A stretch of DNA of 64,000 nucleotides from Balanoglossus misakiensis (Eukaryota > Animalia > Hemichordata): contig CM082584.2 of the NCBI GenBank assembly GCA_040954595.2, positions 11,560,552 through 11,624,551 on the forward strand. The letters are read 5' to 3'. The position numbers were made by a program, and so were the translations under genes. This document shows, one piece after another, positions 1 through 25,931 of this stretch. Position 1 is the first letter of the stretch, and the number at the start of each line of letters is the position of its first letter. The notes beneath the pieces are model-generated. The model was not told the origin of the DNA. It saw nothing but the letters and a program-made list of their open reading frames with translations, and searched no databases.

Positions 1-3000
1 GAGTTGGTTTCTCCTAGCCTCCCTCGGCTTGTGTTCTTTCTTTGGCCATGTGCCAGGCCTTGGTTGGTCTCCGCCAAACATGCCACTTGGTTTACTTCTG
101 GGTGAGAGTTCTAGAGTCATATTGATGGGTTGGACTCTTTCCAGAATTTCTACAAAATTGACCCAACTGGTGGAAGAAAGAATTAAAGTGGTTAGATTCT
201 CGCAATCAACTGTCTCCACTTCTCCATCTATCTGTTTGTCTGTCTCTATATAATTACTTCTCTCTCACTTCATACTCACCTATACAGTCCATCACCAAGG
301 TCGCACCGTTGCAACAATTTGTCCATGATGGACCCTTGGACCGGTAATCTGTGTTTAAAACATGCTTCTGTAATCTGCAATATAAAAAGTGGATAAAGAG
401 TATTTATTTTACTGGCACTGTGTTATTTATGACAGATCTAGATTGCTACAGGCAGACAGATAAATGCCGCGGTACTCGTTGGAAAAGCGCCATCTAGTGG
501 TAAAATTCCACTTTGGGGTAGTTTATTACTTGTGCCATTGCTCACCTGTGATTTGACAATCTCACCTGTTTTTGAGACACTGTGCCAAGTCTAGACCTGT
601 CCATCTCATTAAAGGTCCTGCTCAAGCCATCGACGTCTATTTTCTCCTCTTTGCCCTGGACGATCTGTTGCTCGATCAACATCAGCAGCTTGGCATCTTC
701 CCGGTCTGAGAACACCTTGATCGGTTGCCTAGGAGATACAACAAACACATTCAGATAAAACCATGCAGTGCTGCAGTGTGCGTGTCTAAGTGAATGAATG
801 CACAGTTTGAGGAGAGCACAATAGCCAACTCACAAATGCCTCTGTACACAGACACACATAACAAACTTGCAACTAATTTGGCCAATTACACTGCAAATGC
901 GAAAAAATACCTTGGCAACAATTCATTAGCAATGCCAAACACAGAAAAGAAACATTAAGATCTAAAACAATTTTATATTTAATATTATAATCCAGAAATA
1001 CTTTCTCATATGCATTAATATTTACATAAACCCCATAGCTTAAGACAATTTTTCCAATACCTTATTGAGTAAATAAACCAATAAATTAATTTATTGTTCC
1101 ATAATACACACTATCTTTCTGTTATCCCAGGCATGGCATCGTCCAAATGAACCACAAACAAAATGCAATAATGCTTGTGTGTAACACACAGCTTAAACAC
1201 ATGGAAATGTTTATTAGTTCACACTTTTGCGATCACCTTATACTCAAAAAACACATGCATTACTGCATATCAGACCATAGGTACTAGTAGTGTACAAATC
1301 ACCATTGATTCCGCCACCACCCACAAAACACATGGAAAGTTACAAGTACCAGTTATGGGTGAAATTCCACACTTACTTCCTCATGATGGGTTTTTCCAGA
1401 GCACCATCATTTCCATCCCTTTGTTAATGCGGCAGCAAAGGAAAAAATAGCGGCACAGTGTTCAATTGACATTACGGTAGCAAGGCAAAAAGGGGTGGGT
1501 GTGGGTGGGTAGGTAAGAGTGCAGGGGGGAGGGGAAGAGTGGGGGGAGGTAGCAAAAGGATAAAAGCTAACATTGACAAAATGTGGAACAAAAGCACAGA
1601 AGCTCAAAGGTGGATGGTACCAGAATGTGTGTACAAGGTTTCTCTTTTGAAACAACTGTTTAGTAAACGTAAAAAGCATTTCACACAATGTTGGCCCACC
1701 CGCAGTTGTGACAGACTGCGGTTAGTGTTTGGCATCTGACAAACAGTGAGAGAATTCAGCCTTGGGCAATAACTTTGGAGAGAAAGAGATTCCTTTCAAG
1801 GTGACAGAACAGAAGACTTGGTTAACTGATTAGTAAGAAGACGAAGGATTTCACACGGCGACATTAAACAGTGTAGTAGTTCCATCACCATGGTTACACA
1901 GAAAAGGTTACCAAAGGCTGGTGCAGTGTAACAGGCAACGAAATTCATGTGAGAGAACTAGTTCACGTACAAAGAAGTGAAATTATCAATTTTCAATTTT
2001 GTCACAGATATATTTTGCCTTTACATGACAACTCAATACACCGAGATCAAATTATTGGCTATAGAAATCTCCTATCAATGCAGTGACATTTCCAATGCAA
2101 AGCCAGGAAATTGAATAAGCCTGGAGCTTTACACAACACCTGTTAGAGTTTCATCTCTTTTTGTGTAAGTGTGCTTGTGTGATGAGAAATGAGAGTTGAG
2201 ATATATCCTGATGGACAATGAACGCAACACGCAGACATAGATCCTATTGTACATCGAAGAGCTTTTAGGTCAAGTTAATTTCCAGCCAAGTTGGAGCAGC
2301 TGTTTGGATTCAATCGAGGCAAATACATTTTAAAGCCAGGCGCTTTCCATCTGTAAATGTAAACTGCGTCTAATTTTTATTCACAGATGGACAATTTGAA
2401 CTTGAATATTCGAACTCATCCCTGATTATCTAAACAATGTCTTTTTAATGAGAAAATTCCATGATTCATTTCTGGAGCTTGAAATGTCAATCAAGTCAGA
2501 AATAATAAATTATATGTGAACAAGCTTACCCCTGGGCTGATCGTTTCTTGCGCGGTTGCTGTTGTTCTTGTGGCCTGGCATATTCCTGTTTTCTCTGCCT
2601 GTGAGGAGGTGGACTGTTCTCCCGTTTCTTGTTGACTGCAACCCTCGGCTCTTCAACCCTGTGCATTGTTCTTGCAATGTGTTTTTCCAGCGAGGAGTCA
2701 TTGTCGATCGGATCTCCTCTGGTTTCCATGAACCTGGTGCAAATGAAAGCAGGGAACATTAACCCTTCCACCCCCAGTTGTCTCTTTAGAGGTCCAACCT
2801 TGCTATAGAAAACAATAGATTTGGACCAATCCATGGAGGTTAAAGGGTTAGTTTAAATAAAGTTGATCAAACCTCCCAATGGTTGTGTTTGCATATGTTT
2901 TCAATGCTGGAATGTAGATGTTGTAATGTAAATTAATTTATGGACACTGTTACTACTTCAATCTTCCTACAGACTCAGATACCATTACAGTGGAGCTTGT

Positions 3001-4475
3001 ATCATTTTTCTATGTCCTACCTTTGTATGACCTCATCCAAGAGGGTGTTTGCCTGATCGGATGATCCTAGCTGCGCCCGCGCCAAATACTTGATCATCTT
3101 CTCATAATTCACGAGATCCGGATTGTCGTCCTTAGCAAAACTGGAAAAGAGGATCCTCAACATTGAAGAGTCCAATGGCAACCGGTGTCTCAGACACAGC
3201 ATGTTCATCTGTGGCTGGTTGATGTAACCAGTCAGTCGGGAATCAAACTCTGTGGCATCCGTGTACATGTCCTGGAAGGAGTAGGAATCATATCCGTCTA
3301 ACACCTCCCGTAATTGTTCCGTCATGGAATACAAGGGCCTGTCCAGATGGGGCATCGGTTCCGGCGACGGAATGATAGCGTTCCTGCCACTGTGTTTTAA
3401 ATCCTCAAAGTAGTTGTCATAGCTTTCCTCTTCTTCCTGCATTTCCTTGATTTGTCCTTGTTCTTCCGGCCAAGATAACGGATTGGACTGCATCAAACTC
3501 TTAATGGGCGGAAGGACACTGCCAAGAGAATATATATATTCATCTATTTAACTGCCGCAGGATAAACTTTTCCTACAGACAATAAGTTAATCCAATCACA
3601 TTTTGCAGGACTCAACATTTGAATATAAATGCTGTAACACCTGCTGTACACACCTGGGACTACCTGGGAATCCATTTTTATGCACCTGTGAATTATACCT
3701 GTCTGCTTCAGCACTCTGGTACTGTTTCTTTCTTCCTCTTTCATGCTGTTAAAAATAAAAACAAACAATCAATCAATCATTTGATCTTCTAACAAATTAC
3801 ACTTAGAAAAAAGTAAATACCATTAATCATTCCATTTACAGACTCACCTGTTTTGGTATGGGTGAATTGTCATAATCATATGCATTATAGTTTGGTTGAG
3901 TTAGTATATTGGGACTATCTCGTCTGGTTCTTGTCGCTGGCCTGGAGTCTGTGTCAGCACTGTTCACACAAAAACAGAAATTATGAGTTGAACACAAGTG
4001 ACGATTGCTGTGTAGTATACAGCAACCCTTAATGTGGAGATCAACATCTCTGATAGGAATGTTTGCAGCTTTGACAAATTAAATTTTGGAAATTAAAGTA
4101 TATCTGGAATCTGCCAAATAAAAAGGGCATGATCCCTCGTGTATGTATGGAATGTCTGTTGATCAATTTTGGACATACATGTATTTGATGCTAATGGTGA
4201 CTGGTTCATTGGATATCCTGGGGCAATGTTCCTTGGAAGGGCTAGTTTTGCATCAGGCATCAACATCCACAGGTCACAATCTGCCCACTGAACAACTTCA
4301 ATAACCCAATGGAAAAAATTCACATTAACTTTTGATTTTGATATAACCACATTTCTATTTACCTTTGTGGTGGAGTGTCTTCATTTCGCACTTCTATTTG
4401 TCTTCCACCGACTATTTTCAACGTTGTCTTGGGTTGTATGTCAGTCCCGAATGGTGCATGCCGTGCCGCACACAT
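1..4475 (-). CDS. C1orf87: C1orf87-like EF-hand-containing protein (3' part outside window)
   Basis: Phase-consistent GT-AG exons: 4475-4363, 3959-3848, 3745-3699, 3518-3021, 2733-2530, (optional 1418-1377), 728-566, 374-280, 166-<1. An in-frame TAA lies upstream of ATG 4475. Segments 'PFGTDIQPKTTLKIVGGR', 'DLVNYEKMIKYL', 'LSRTFNEMDRSRLG' and 'SWVNFVEILER' resemble human C1orf87 as I recall it (PRGSDAMPEIMVKIIGSK, EMVNYEKLLWFL, KWQNFVEMLTR). Confidence 0.8.
2759..2851. mobile_element. Short MITE-like element with imperfect terminal inverted repeats
   Basis: Left end TTAACCCTTCCACCCCCA; reverse complement of the right end is CTAACCCTTTAACCTCCA. The right end also matches a fragment at 12605-12625 (CCATGGTGGTGAAAGGGTTAA). 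Confidence 0.55.
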
Positions 4476-5576
4476 GGTGACGAGACAATCTTGCAAATTC
4501 CTTTTTTATCAGTCTTCCTCAGAATTGCGGCTACATCCTACTGACATAGAGATCTGGAAAAAAAGAAGAGAAAGTGTCCACTCCAGTCACTCATCGAGTT
4601 CACTTTCACTGCACCAGATTGAGATCTGCCGGACAAACACTTCAAGTACGTTTTCTTTGGTATTTTCTGTACAGGTGCAACAAAGGTAAACAGAGCTTAA
4701 CAATGTAAACACCTTGTAAACAGAATTAATAAACCAACAGTTGACATGTCACTTGAGGTGTGTCACCACACTGTTTGTCCTGTGAGCAGATGCATATAAA
4801 TATTGAGATCTGACATTCTAAATCAAATCTGCCAAGTTGGTAAACCCCCATGACTTTATTCTTATCTCTTGCCCATTGTACTCCACACTTAATAAAATAT
4901 AAATTTACAGTCTTTTAAAATCTCCACAAAATACAACACAATGGTAGAATTTTATCTAAGATCAGATACTAGTATGCTGGGTCATATCACTGTGTGGGTG
5001 TATTGCCAACCATGACAACACAACAACACTGAATACAGCTGGCTGATAAAATATGATGCCTGAATTTCTTATATTTGGTAATCTGTCAATTCTACCTGAA
5101 ACCAAACACAAAACCGTAGACGGAAGGCTATCAATATTTCCATTCTACATAAATCTAAAAATGTCTGTGAACAACTCCAGCGTTGTATTATTATAGGTAG
5201 TACAGCTAAATCAATTCACATTTTTAGTTCAATACAAACACAAAGAGATCCAAGACGATAATAATCATCAAGGAATGTTACTTGAAAATCAATGTTCAAT
5301 AGTCAAAACCTACCAGGTATCACCCTAAAGAATTGACAATAAAAGATGAATTGATTAACGTTCGTGATAAAAATAAACACACAAACCTTCCATTATATTT
5401 TGATAATAAACCATTATCGCTCATTTCACCATTCTTTGATATAGTAATTACATGTAATTATTTGACATAGAGATACTAATATTGTAATAAACATTGTTAA
5501 TTTGCAAATAAAAATAGCCTGCGAGGTGCACTAACAGAGTAAGTACAGGAAACCTTACACATTATAGGACGCTGAC

Positions 5577-5974
5577 CTTAATTGTAATACACGGTTTTGT
5601 AAAATACACCTGTCCGGGACGAGACCACAAACTCGCTCCAAAATAAATAACAATACAAGCATTTTGCCTGCATATACCCGACTCTACCAGGAGTGCTTAA
5701 ATGTAATTTTCTACTCCAGTAAACTGATACTGCAAACAGCAACGGCATGGTTACTTTGAGAAGAGTTCTCGAAATCAGACACCCACGGATGACCGAACCT
5801 GTGAATGGCTGAACTGACGCTAAGCCGTCTCCTAGCAACTGTGCAGTGTCAACAGAAAGAATAGTAATCCACCTGTTGTGATCTGAGTCAATGGACTGAG
5901 TCCATGTTTGTGTGGATATAGTGCCTTTGAGTTGGTATTTCTGTAAAAGACCTGCTGACTGTTGCCACGGTAAT
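5577..5974 (-). promoter_or_regulatory. Putative proximal promoter / non-coding first exon of C1orf87-like gene, with two RFX X-boxes
   Basis: X-box-like GTCTCCTAGCAAC (5827-5839) and GTTGCCACGGTAAT (5961-5974), local CpG enrichment, and a candidate minus-strand donor AAG|GTCAG at 5577/5576. Confidence 0.45.
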
Positions 5975-7142
5975 GAGAGTGTGTTTCAGTTTGACTGGGG
6001 TATAGGAGTTGCTCTACTATAGACAGTCTATGCTTGTATCTGTGTCTTCACAGCCAATACACAAGACATGAAACCATATGGAAGTCATAGATTTGTCCGA
6101 CAGCTTCAGAATATATTCAATTCATACCAAATTTCCACCACAGATTATACACCCTTCAAAAAGGAGATCTTCTATAAATGCATGATCAATTTATCGTTGT
6201 ATCTTTTCAAAGGAAAGTTGATTCTATTTCAGTCAAAACATGCCTGAAAAGTACCACAGAAATACTATCATGGAACAAATTTCTACCAATGCATTGATCT
6301 GAATGTGCACTGGGGTAGAAGTAGGGCATAACTCTATTGAAGAAGTGGGTTACAATTAATGAAGTTAATCTGGTCAGATAAGGCTTCGTTTGTTCAAAAA
6401 GTCAACTCAATTCCGGAACATGAATCCCCTTTTGTGAATTGATCAAAATCAACCCATCCCACCACACCCATATTTTTCAGCTGGTTCTACACACCTTGTT
6501 AAACTATTTTTTTTTTCTGTTTTGATGTACATTTGTACACATGTCTGTATCATGTGTATGCTAATGAGATATGACAATGTGCTTAATGTGCTAACTGCTA
6601 ACCCATACTGGCCTTGGATTAGCCGAGAGCTGACCCAGTTGAAACTTATTTCTGATGATCTGTGGAGTTGTTTCATATCAGTAAATATTGGTAACTTATT
6701 TAAAATGTAAGGCACAGTCCTTCCAGCAGACTCTGATTAAATTTTAAAATTTTATGTCTGAATATTCATGTCATGGTTGTCCTTATATGACACATAGCCA
6801 ATGTCACCATTGACAGACCATGGACAGACTCCAATTCTACAAATTTCATGATACATTTCGATCGAAAACGATCATATTCGGTGGAAATGGGATATTAAAT
6901 GACCCAAGGCCAAAATTAGATAAATGTTGAGAGGACAAACCCACTTTCTGGTACATTAATATTGGCCACAAAATTTTTGAAACTGACGTCCCTGGTCGCA
7001 TTTATGGAAGAGATCAATTTGGCGTTGACGTTGATGTTTGTTTGTATGACAGAGTGAGTAAATAGTCCACCCCACACACATCAGCAGGGTTCTAAAACAG
7101 GAGAGGCGATATTTCAAGAAACCCTACAGCGAGTTATCTGAC

Positions 7143-7500
7143 CTCACTGAAGTGTAAACGCTTCTGTTCACATGGCAACACAGAGGTCACACCATCGTCC
7201 GGACGCGGACTGGACGACTGTTTACATCTCGTCATTCTTACCTGCGATTCGTTTTTTATGTCATGCAAGAAACGACATTCCACAAGACTTGAGTCCAATG
7301 AAATATCCAGACCTGGGAATAAAAATTTCCATTCAGATCGCCATCAGATCGTCATATGCTAGAAAACGACGATAGGCAGTGGTACGCTACCGTTTCCGCC
7401 ATGCTTTGACGACCAAAACAACCTTTGTATATTTGCATAATGTCAGGATATTTGCATATCACAAGACGAGCTATGTGCGCGTCGCGCGCGGTGGGCGGTC
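7143..7500 (-). promoter_or_regulatory. Putative distal promoter / non-coding first exon of C1orf87-like gene
   Basis: CpG-rich. Contains X-box GTTCACATGGCAAC (7166-7179), forkhead-like TGTTTAC (~7219), two octamers ATTTGCAT (7431-7438, 7450-7457), GC box GGGCGG (~7493), and a candidate donor GAG|GTCAG at 7143/7142. Confidence 0.5.
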
Positions 7501-8202
7501 ATCTGTATTAGCCCTGGATCCCGCAATATTACCTTATTTTAGACCCTCAAATGAAATTTTCCGATCCGACACGCCCGAGTTAAGTTTTCTGAGACCAGGT
7601 AGAAATGAAAGTGGGAAAATAATGAACAAAAGTGGTGATAAAAGCAATGTAATAGTGTTCAAATCTCAGACTAATTTGACATGTGAATTTTACAATTGGA
7701 GGTTAAAAAGGCGAAGTTTTGAAGTTTAATTCTTAAGCTATAATATGGGCATACGGGAGATTTTTTATACATGAGTATAAAAAACAAGTCGTGTTTGTTA
7801 TGTATAGACATATAGTATTATATTGTTCTATTTCGTAGACCTTTTACCAGGCCTTTATATATTCATGTCAATGATGGTTTTCAAGTTCGAACTGGAAACG
7901 CGCTATTCATGTTAAATTGTTATTGCTTCTATCCCTGATAATTATATATTTGATTTTACTCGATTTTCTACTAATGCATGACAATAAAAACATACTGACT
8001 TCTCCCGATCGATTGCATTTCCTTTCGACGATCGATAAACCTTGCTCGATAAACGCACACCCGGTACCCGAAAGGTCTGCGCAAAAACGTAGGAATGTTA
8101 TATAAAGTTGAGGGCGCTGTTTACACAATCTGTCCAAATGTGGTAATACAATAAATTCAAAAAAGGCCAATGTTCTAAAGAGGTTGACTCGGTGGCCACC
8201 GT

Positions 8203-10567
<2,365 letters not shown>

Positions 10568-11169
10568 CCCTGGACGTAGTATGTACCAAGATCACAGCAA
10601 AAGAACCGGTTGCAGTTGGATTCGAAGCTTTCCTTAGACGACAGCAAGCCAATGCGCACAGCCAGTCTATTTCAAATGTCAGTTACTACGATTTACAACT
10701 ATATATTAACTGTATACCTTTATCCTTTCAGTTAGCTCAACACCCGTTAGATCACCCAACACTGTCAATCATTAACTGGAATTTAAAACGGGGATCAGTT
10801 AGGATGAGTTGGACACCCACACTTCCTTCTCAAAACCAAAGTTCAACTCAGGGCGTGGTTGGGGTGGGCACACCACAAAGAATCAGTGATATACATGTAT
10901 TGAACACATATATTCACTGCTGTATTATGGATCAGTTGTAAATTACATTGTAATAATAAAATACACAGATTTTGAAACAAAGAAATACCAGTCACAAGGT
11001 CATGATGTCAGAGACAGTGTTTTTATTTCTTCTTAGTAAAACAGAGTGTTTTTATTTGTTCTTAGTACAACACATTATCAAAGATTATCTGGGGTGTGTC
11101 AACTTCATTCATGTTACCATGGTGATTGTGCCATTCACAAACAGGCAACCTGAATGTCTCTTCCACATT

Positions 11170-21141
<9,972 letters not shown>

Positions 21142-21639
21142 GATGAAATAACACGATTGTGTCACAGTAATTTAATTCATCCTGAAATTTAAAAAAAAAT
21201 TCACAATATTAAACTTCATCATTTTTTTCTTAATTTATACACAGCTGATGATACCAGAGATGTTGTAGATAACTGTTTGTAGTTATCTTTTGCCATTGAC
21301 AAGACTTTTTTAACATGAAGATTCCAACCCCTCCCCCCCCCCCCCCAAGATGAATGAAGATCTAGTTCAAGTTGGCTGCCAGTGCTAGTATATAGCACTC
21401 TCGTGTGGGCACTACTAAGCAATTAACTGCAGGGAACTGTTTATTGGGAAACAATTTGTCATCTGTGCATTGCATATATTCCCTGTTGATAAAAAGTACA
21501 TCATCTATCCGACCAGCCCTACCACTCCCTCTGACCCTTGCTCTTGTGTTGCAGACGACAAGGCTCGAGGGGGCGGTACGACCAAGGAACCGAAGCAAGA
21601 TCTGGTCATGATGTGAGTGCACTCACACGAAACAGTTTA

Positions 21640-22380
21640 CTTGCAAATGTAAAATCAACTCGTGACACCATCAAGTATTATCGCCCCTTCCCCAGACAGA
21701 GATGACTGTGGTTCATCTAGCTAGCCCAGCTGATCGACTAGACTCTCGCTCTCACTTCACCACCAGAAGTCATGTATAAACTATTTATTGACACAACGAA
21801 GAATAAGATACATCTATACGATCAGAGATTCGTTTGGGGCTGCGATATTATCCATGATACACTAGTGAAAGTCCAATTCGACATAATATCACTAATGTAC
21901 ACAAACTACACGTGGTTGCTCACCCTATTTCCTGTGAAACGCCATCTTGCAGGTGAAGGAGAAATTTTGGCTGTTCCATTCATGCATTACAGGTAACAAA
22001 CGCAATGTTCGAAGTATGGGTGATCGAGCTGAAACAGGTCATCACATTAAAAATTCCAGGAATTGGCATGGATATATTTTAAAAATTGTCAGGGTTGGAA
22101 AATATAAGTTGTACGACAGTAGAGAAAGATATATTCTATCTTTGGCTGTCAAATAGGCAACCCCTAAAATACTGGTGCAGTCCTATGGTATATCGCGAGA
22201 AAAACACCGAGAATAACGAGTTTTACGAGACTTCAGCTGGAGCGTACGTCTCTGTCAGCTGTTCACATAAAGAGTCGCTGAAATTTTGGAACTTTCATCA
22301 AAACAGGAATTAATATCATTAATTAGAATTCGTTATTTAGATCATAGAGACCATAATACCGGGAACACTGTTTGTAAGTT
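21640..22380. promoter_or_regulatory. Divergent (bidirectional) promoter region POLR1A / AEBP2
   Basis: Head-to-head gene orientation and CpG enrichment. YY1-like CGCCATCTTG at ~21940. Candidate donors for non-coding exons at ~21640 (minus strand) and ~22374 (plus strand, GTAAGT). Confidence 0.55.
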
Positions 22381-23333
22381 TTTAGTTTTCTAACTTTTAC
22401 GCGGATCTGAGATACATCGTGCTTTTGTTTCATAGCATGCGGCTTCCGAATGTTTGATATTGACATCTGTTCATTTCAGATATCGCTGTCATTTCACGAG
22501 TCGACAGTTCATCAGTTCCCGCATTAGATCTTTTATAGACACATTGTTAATCGTTTGCAAATGACGAACAAACGCGTGTTCGGAAACTACAGGGATCTGG
22601 TTGTTCGGGACTTTTTAACGCTGTTTGTACAATATTCCAAGTAAACAAAGTCTGGGAGAAAATATTCAGATCTCAGACACGATAGCCTGTGTAGGCGGTG
22701 AGCACAATCGTGGTATGGCTGTTTTCATTTCATCCCGGTTTCAATCATACTTTCTAAGCGATTAATAAATACCCAACAGGAAGGTAATGTAACTAACTGA
22801 TTATACACAGCAACAACAATGATCGACAATTGTGAGAACACCTTGAACTTCGTTCATGGTCAAGGTCAGGTCAGCCTAACCTCTTTGACGGATCCTCAGC
22901 ATAGAAATCCATAACACAGTCGCACGCCATGATAATAAATCCATGTACATACTTGACGAGAATGTCAAATTGTATAAAAATAAACAAAAGAACCTTTTAA
23001 AAATAATATCATTATGAAACTTCTAAATCAAAGAAAGAAAAAACTGAATTTGTAGGGTTTCAAAATCGTGCATTCTGGGAAAAAGCACCAAGTCTGAGTT
23101 GACTTTGTCTCAACCATTATGGAAGACTTTGGGTGATATGTAATTGCCAGGCAAGGATTTCCTGAAATGAAAACCAACATACCAGTCTTCCATGACGGAT
23201 AACGTCTATCAATTGAATCTTCTCTCTTCCCAGGATAACTAACCTGGCCCGACCCATCAACCCGAGTAAATGTGTTCTAAGTAAAACAGTTCACCAAAGA
23301 AGATTTCAGAACACATGAAGTGACCATCAGATC

Positions 23334-24467
23334 ATGACGGCGACACCACCTCCGTACAAGAACCCAGCGTCCATTCCCTGCAAGTGGGACAAATGCACAG
23401 CCGTCGTCAGCTGCAGCAGCGACCTAGCCGAACACATCACAAACGCCCACGTGGAGTGCCAGTCAGGAGAGACCTATATCTGTCTGTGGGAAGGCTGCAA
23501 AGTGTACAACACGCCCTCCAAAAGCCAGACCTGGCTGACCAAGCACATGCTCTACCATAGTGGTGGTAAACCCTTCAAGTGTGTTATAAGTGGATGCAAT
23601 GCCAGCTTTGGATCCTGCAGTGGCCTGGCCAGGCACGTGCCCACCCATTTCAATGACAATAACGGTCAGAAAACGACCAGGAACAAAGAGGACAGTCCTG
23701 GAAAAATTTTAAAGAAGAAAAGAACTAGGTTTAAACGCAGATTATCTTTAGGTAGGTTTTGGAGATTTGTTACCTTACTTTATGAGTATTGCCATGTAGA
23801 GACATGAATCAGATCCTTGATGTAATCTGGATGTGTTTCCTTTACAGTGAAAACCGATGACTATTTTGACTCCAGAATAGTTGATGTCTTGAAGCACAAA
23901 CTGATACAACTCAATAAAAAGACCAAATTGGACACAGAAGGTGGAGGAAACAGCATCATATTTCGCAGCTCTGTAAGTTCAGAAACTACAATTTCTCCCC
24001 TTGATAGTTGGATTAAAAGGGAATGATACTGCGAGTTCCAATCGAAGCTTTCAAAACACATTTGAATTAAAACATCACTCCGTCCTCTTACAGGTAATTG
24101 GTAGAAGGAAAGAAAGTGATGGCGTGGTGAAACTTCTCTTACACTGGACACCAGAAAATTTGTAAGTTAAAACAAATTCTAGCATGATGAATATCAAGTG
24201 TGTGGATTGCTGGATAAATGAAGAACCTGCCAACAAGGGTCAATTTCTTTCTGATGAAATGCAAAAAAGTCCATCATGTAGATATATCTGTCTAAAATTA
24301 AACCTTTTTTTTTCAGTCTACCAGACGCCTGGGTTGCCGAGAGCCAGGCCAGCAGTATGCACACCAGAACAATGCACTTGTCACGGTTACCAACTGAATC
24401 AGTCGGTCAGTTGGACACTGGGAAGCCACGACGTCTTAGAAAACACAGGAAGAACAGGCGGAAGTAG
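23334..24467 (+). CDS. AEBP2: Zinc finger protein AEBP2 / jing-like PRC2 accessory subunit, 253 aa
   Basis: Exons 23334-23751, 23848-23972, 24094-24161, 24317-24467 (762 nt). Three Gli-like C2H2 fingers (CKWDKC..H..H, CLWEGC..H..H, CVISGC..HVPTH), a basic KKKRTRFKRR patch, and C-terminal '[44 protein letters not shown]', matching the AEBP2 C-terminus. Confidence 0.92.
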
Positions 24468-25931
24468 ACAAAAATGCGCATGTGGTATATCTTATTCAGT
24501 TTACAGCTCTGATCATTTACTGTTCACATGGTTTATTTGGGTAGTGGTGGGACTTTTTAAGTTATTGTTTGGGGGGGCAGGGTGCTGTAGAGGGTTGTCC
24601 TGCTTTGTTGGATGGGGTTCTGGTCATGGATGTTAGATTAGGGCTGTAGAACAAGAACATTGGCAAAGGTTTTAGGTCACCAATGTGTGATGACACTAAG
24701 ATACTAGGTATTTGAAATGTGGACATCTATACTTCCATAGTAGATTTTGAATTTGCGTAGTTGCACTAGAAATTAAACGCACGTACACTCCTCTGCAAGA
24801 ATTAGTCACAACATCGTGCCATTTACAGGTAAAAAAAACAACAATATTCATATTGGTTGTAAATACTCCACTGGTTTGTCAATGTAGATTTTCATACAGT
24901 GTTAAAATTTAAAAAATGATTTTCTTAATTATATTTTTGTCAAATGCCATATTGGTCAATTTTTGTCTGGTACATGTACCGTATTTGGGATGGACAGTTT
25001 GAAATAGAGTTATCGAGACAGTAATGTCCAACTCCAAGCTTCAGGATGTGTATTCTGGTGACATGTGATTTTTACAAATCAATTATCAGCACTGAATTAA
25101 TTTAAATTTTACTACATGTAACTGATAATTTTTCAAGCAATGTATATCTGTCCACTTTAATATGTCACCTTTTTACCAAACACAATATTATTTCTTTTAC
25201 AAACATGTAAGGTTGCCATTTTTCTGGTTTTCTGTAAGCATTTATAGAGAACTCAAATTTTACTGCCAATACCCCTAGCACAAAAAAAATTGTGTATACG
25301 GATATAAATATTTCTAGATTTTATGTCGAGCGCAAACTTTATGAAGGAAATAAAACAAACTTCTCCCATCATTCAATGTGTAAAATTGTGTCATTCGTGA
25401 AGCAAAATTTATAAAAACAAAGTTATATTGGAGTTAAACTGTTGTACTCTGGCATTATGATGGGACCCTCACTCGGATTGGTCCTAATTATGAATGGAAT
25501 GGACGCATTTTGATAGAAGACTAAATATAGTGTATTTTTGTGCGCTAGAAAAATTTACATTACTCTTTATAGAGATGTACTGAAAATGGTATTTCTCATT
25601 GCACTTTCACACAAAATATTTGATGCAGAAAGGAGAATGAAAATAAGTCACTATTACAATTAGAGTCTTGATGATATGCAGAATTAAACATTAAAGCATG
25701 TAAAATAGTACATTTGTGTAATCTTTTTAAAAGAAAATCAGACTTAAACGGACTAGTTCAGTCTACTACTGTACCTTCAGTTAATGAGAGGTATTAAGCG
25801 GAAAACTTAAAAACTAAAGAATCTTCAAATAAAACAAAACATTTTCAGAACAGACATCACACAAGAAAACCTTCCAATAAAACAATAAAATAAAAATGCG
25901 CATGTATGACATTCAACCAATTTCTGTTCTG

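Noticed and set aside
542-565. Second donor CAG|GTGAG 20 nt downstream of the C1orf87-like donor at 566
   Set aside because: Its use would shift the frame. The 566 site keeps phase with the next exon.
5314-5324. Possible 11-nt microexon (TAG|GGTGATACCTG|GTAGG)
   Set aside because: It would be in the 5'UTR, so no phase test applies, and such short matches arise by chance.
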